A stretch of DNA of 36,465 bases from contig JALAIB010000067.1 in assembly GCA_023645945.1 (NCBI GenBank), positions 1 to 36,465 on the forward strand, given 5' to 3'. The stretch's first letter is position 1; every line of letters starts with the position of its first letter. This DNA is from Diploschistes diacapsis (taxonomy: Eukaryota). The notes beneath the pieces are model-generated. The model ran no database searches. It was not told the DNA's origin and worked only from the letters and a program-made list of their open reading frames with translations. This document shows positions 33,835-36,465 of the stretch, in pieces. Made by a program: the position numbers and the translations under genes.

Positions 33835-34652
33835 ATGTCTCTTGGATTCATATGGCGGCATGCTCTCCTTCTTCCACTCTTGATTGCTCTTCTTCCGCTC
33901 TCGTGGGCGCTGAAATTCGACATAGCCGCACACACTGGCCATAGCAATAGATACGAGCGATGCATACGGAATCATGCCTCGAGAGATACCCTGGTGGTCG
34001 TCACCGCAACAGTTGACGGCACAAAAGGCGATGGACAGGTTGTCAACATGAGCGTGCGAAACGAGTCCCCCGTCAACCGAGTTGCTACTGATGCAGCGAC
34101 TTCTAGATCAAGGACACCGAGGGCAATGAGTACGGCAAAGCCAAAGACATAGTCGGCGAGAGAAGTCTCGCGTTTACTTCGCACGCTGATGCCCCCTTCG
34201 ACGTGTGCTTCGAGAACCAATTGAACACCAAGGGTACAACTACCGTCCTTGAGCGTTGAAGCACATACTCATTGAACCCAGGATCCGTCATGAACCCATC
34301 GAGGCATATTGAATTAGATATTGACATTGGCGCCGACGCGAAAGACTGGTCTGCCATTCAGGCGATGGAGCAACTGAAGCCTGTCGAAACAGAGCTACGT
34401 CGCATCGAAGAGATGGTACAGGAGATTGTCGGCGAGATGGACTATCTACGAGGGCGGGAGCAAAAGCTCAGAGACACCAATGAGAGCACCAATGAGAGGG
34501 TAAAGTGGTTCGCGTTCGGCACAATGGGTATGCTTGTTGGTCTGGGCGTGTGGCAGGTCATATACTTGCGGGCATATTTCCGGTCAGTCCACCAGCCGTA
34601 TTACTATCGTTCCATACTAACATATCTTTCCAGGTCAAAGCACTTGATCTAG
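33835..34652 (+). CDS. ERV25: p24 family cargo receptor Erv25 (p24-delta); introns 34054-34106, 34234-34281, 34583-34633
   Basis: Signal peptide, [74 protein letters not shown]. Confidence 0.96.
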
Positions 34653-35184
34653 ATCAATCCCATTGTGTATTATATAGCAGAGTGCGAAGCACGGATGGTT
34701 TCAGTCGGTGTTCTTCATGACATGATCAAGATCGGATTCTCACCGCCGCTACTTACGCGACGCAATTTTCCAAAAGCCTTGCCCTATCTGTATCTCCATC
34801 ACACTTGCACGGAAGTGATGTTGCCTTGGGCGCTCATGTCCCAGCTGCAACAATCTTTCCTGGACGGTGCAGAGCTCCCTTCCACCAGAACGAGGTTCAC
34901 CTGCGTTATCCGCCATATACCCTGCGTTCAGGTCCCCCTGAGCATTTATATGCTCAGCTGCATTGAGTTTGCTACGGCCATCTTGCCATATCTCATTCCT
35001 AAAGGTTGCATGCGAAGCAATGCATGCTTCACCAGGGGTAGCACAGAATTCTTTACCTCTCAATATAATTTCTAAAACATCTTGGCGTTTCTGAGCACGG
35101 ACCGTTGACCCTGACAACGTGCATCAGACTTTTCTAAAGCTTTCAAGTGCCGCAGATCTTCATGCACGTAATTTTCAATGCCTG

Positions 35185-36465
35185 ATGATATTGCGCAGCG
35201 TCTTGCGGCGCTCCTTCGCGCCATTCTTGCCTCTTGCTAAACAACATGTAAGGCTCCAAAGTAACGGTGAGCTCTCGCGTCCTCCCCTCTGAAGGTCCCA
35301 CAGCAGCCTGACGTTTCCCGTAGCTGCTACAACGGACAGCGATGTCACCGACAGCATGCTCTCGCGCGCTCGTGCAATAGCCCACAAACACGTTGAGCTA
35401 CAGAAGCAGCTCTCCGCCAATTACGATAGCTCCATAGCCAAGAAAATAGGAGAGCTGAGCACGACAACCGGCATCCTCCACGAGTGGGAAAAAGCGCGCA
35501 ACGTCAGTCTTCCAACCCTATACAAGCCATTACCAACGCTGATCAAGCCCCAGTCCCTCGCCGAGCTCCACCAACTCCTAACCGACAAAACCACGGACTC
35601 GGAACTCCGCTCCCTGGCGGCCGAAGAAGTCGAGACGTCCACCAGCACGCTCCGCTCCCTCTCGCAAAAGCTCCGCGCCTCCCTCGTCCCACAACACCCC
35701 TTCGCTAAGCTCCCCTGCCTCATCGAGCTGCATCCCGGTGCGGGCGGCGACGAAGCGGCGCTTTTCGCCGGCGACCTGCTGCGCATGTACCAAGCCTTCT
35801 GCAAACGACGTCGGCTGCCCGTCAGCATCCTGAGTCTCGAAAGCGCGTCGCCCGGCCACTCGGACCAGATCCAGGAGGCGATCCTCGAAGTCTCGGCGGA
35901 GGGCGCGTACGAGCTCCTGCGTGGCGAGGCCGGGGTGCACCGCGTGCAGCGCGTGCCGGCGACGGAGAGACAGGGCCGCACGCACACGAGCGCGGCGTCG
36001 GTGCTGGTGCTGCCCAGTTTCCCCGAAAACGCCGCGGACGCGCTGCAGGGCGAGGAGAGCTGGAACGACCCGGAGAGCGACTACTACGTGCAGCCGTGCG
36101 AGGTGCGCACGGACGTGATGCGCGCGCGCGGCGCGGGCGGGCAGCACGTCAACACGACGGACTCGGCCGTGCGGCTGACGCACGTGCCGACGGGCACGGT
36201 GGTCGCGATCCAGGAGAGCCGCAGCCAGCACAAGAACCGGCAGAAGGCGTGGCAGATCTTGCGGTCCCGGCTGGCGCAGGCGCGGCGGGAGGCGAGGGAG
36301 GAGGAGCTGGCGAGGCTGAGGCTGAGCGTCGTCGGCGTGGCGAGGATGGGGAGGGGGGACAAAATCCGGACGTACAATTGGGCGCAGCAGCGGGTTACGG
36401 ATCATAGGAGCGGGTTGACGCTGAGGACGCTGGACGAGATCGTGGCCGGGGGGGAGGGTTTGGAT
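35185..36465 (+). CDS. MRF1: Mitochondrial class I peptide chain release factor (RF1-type), 3' end beyond the window; introns 35267-35323, 35503-35553
   Basis: Arg-rich presequence MILRSVLRRSFAPF; IELHPGAGGDEAALF, GEAGVHRVQRVPATE.QGRTHTS (PxT), RARGAGGQHVNTTDSAVRLTH (GGQ at 36136-36144), RSQHKNR, KIRTYN..Q.RVTDHR. Confidence 0.95.

Noticed and set aside
35421..36405. 188-aa and 275-aa minus-strand ORFs
   Set aside because: Antisense to the GC-rich MRF1 exon; explained by low stop-codon frequency

Overview
Gene-dense eukaryotic DNA from a filamentous ascomycete (Pezizomycotina-like), with short introns (mostly 43-75 nt) and CTAAY/CTGAC branch points. I built about 15 protein-coding models by hand: eIF2-beta, TFB5, dienoyl-CoA isomerase (ECH1-like), an XRCC2-like Rad51 paralog, SOM1, a large uncharacterised protein with an apparent fused H2B-H2A histone-fold doublet, a GH5 glycolipid glucosidase ending in CaaX, SKI3, VPS51, a VPS62-like gene, an orphan with a CxxC-x6-C-x3-H motif, NCE102, a small Cys/His protein, ERV25 and the 5' part of mitochondrial release factor MRF1. 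A stretch of about 5.5 kb (22.9-28.4 kb) holds no convincing gene. The most notable observations are (i) the histone-doublet protein with four C-terminal LxDF(L/F)R repeats, (ii) a TFB5 model needing a GG-AG intron plus a 3-nt microexon, and (iii) a ~120-nt structured element upstream of TFB5. All family calls come from recognising motifs by eye, not from database searches. No tRNA, rRNA, CRISPR array or intact transposon was recognised.
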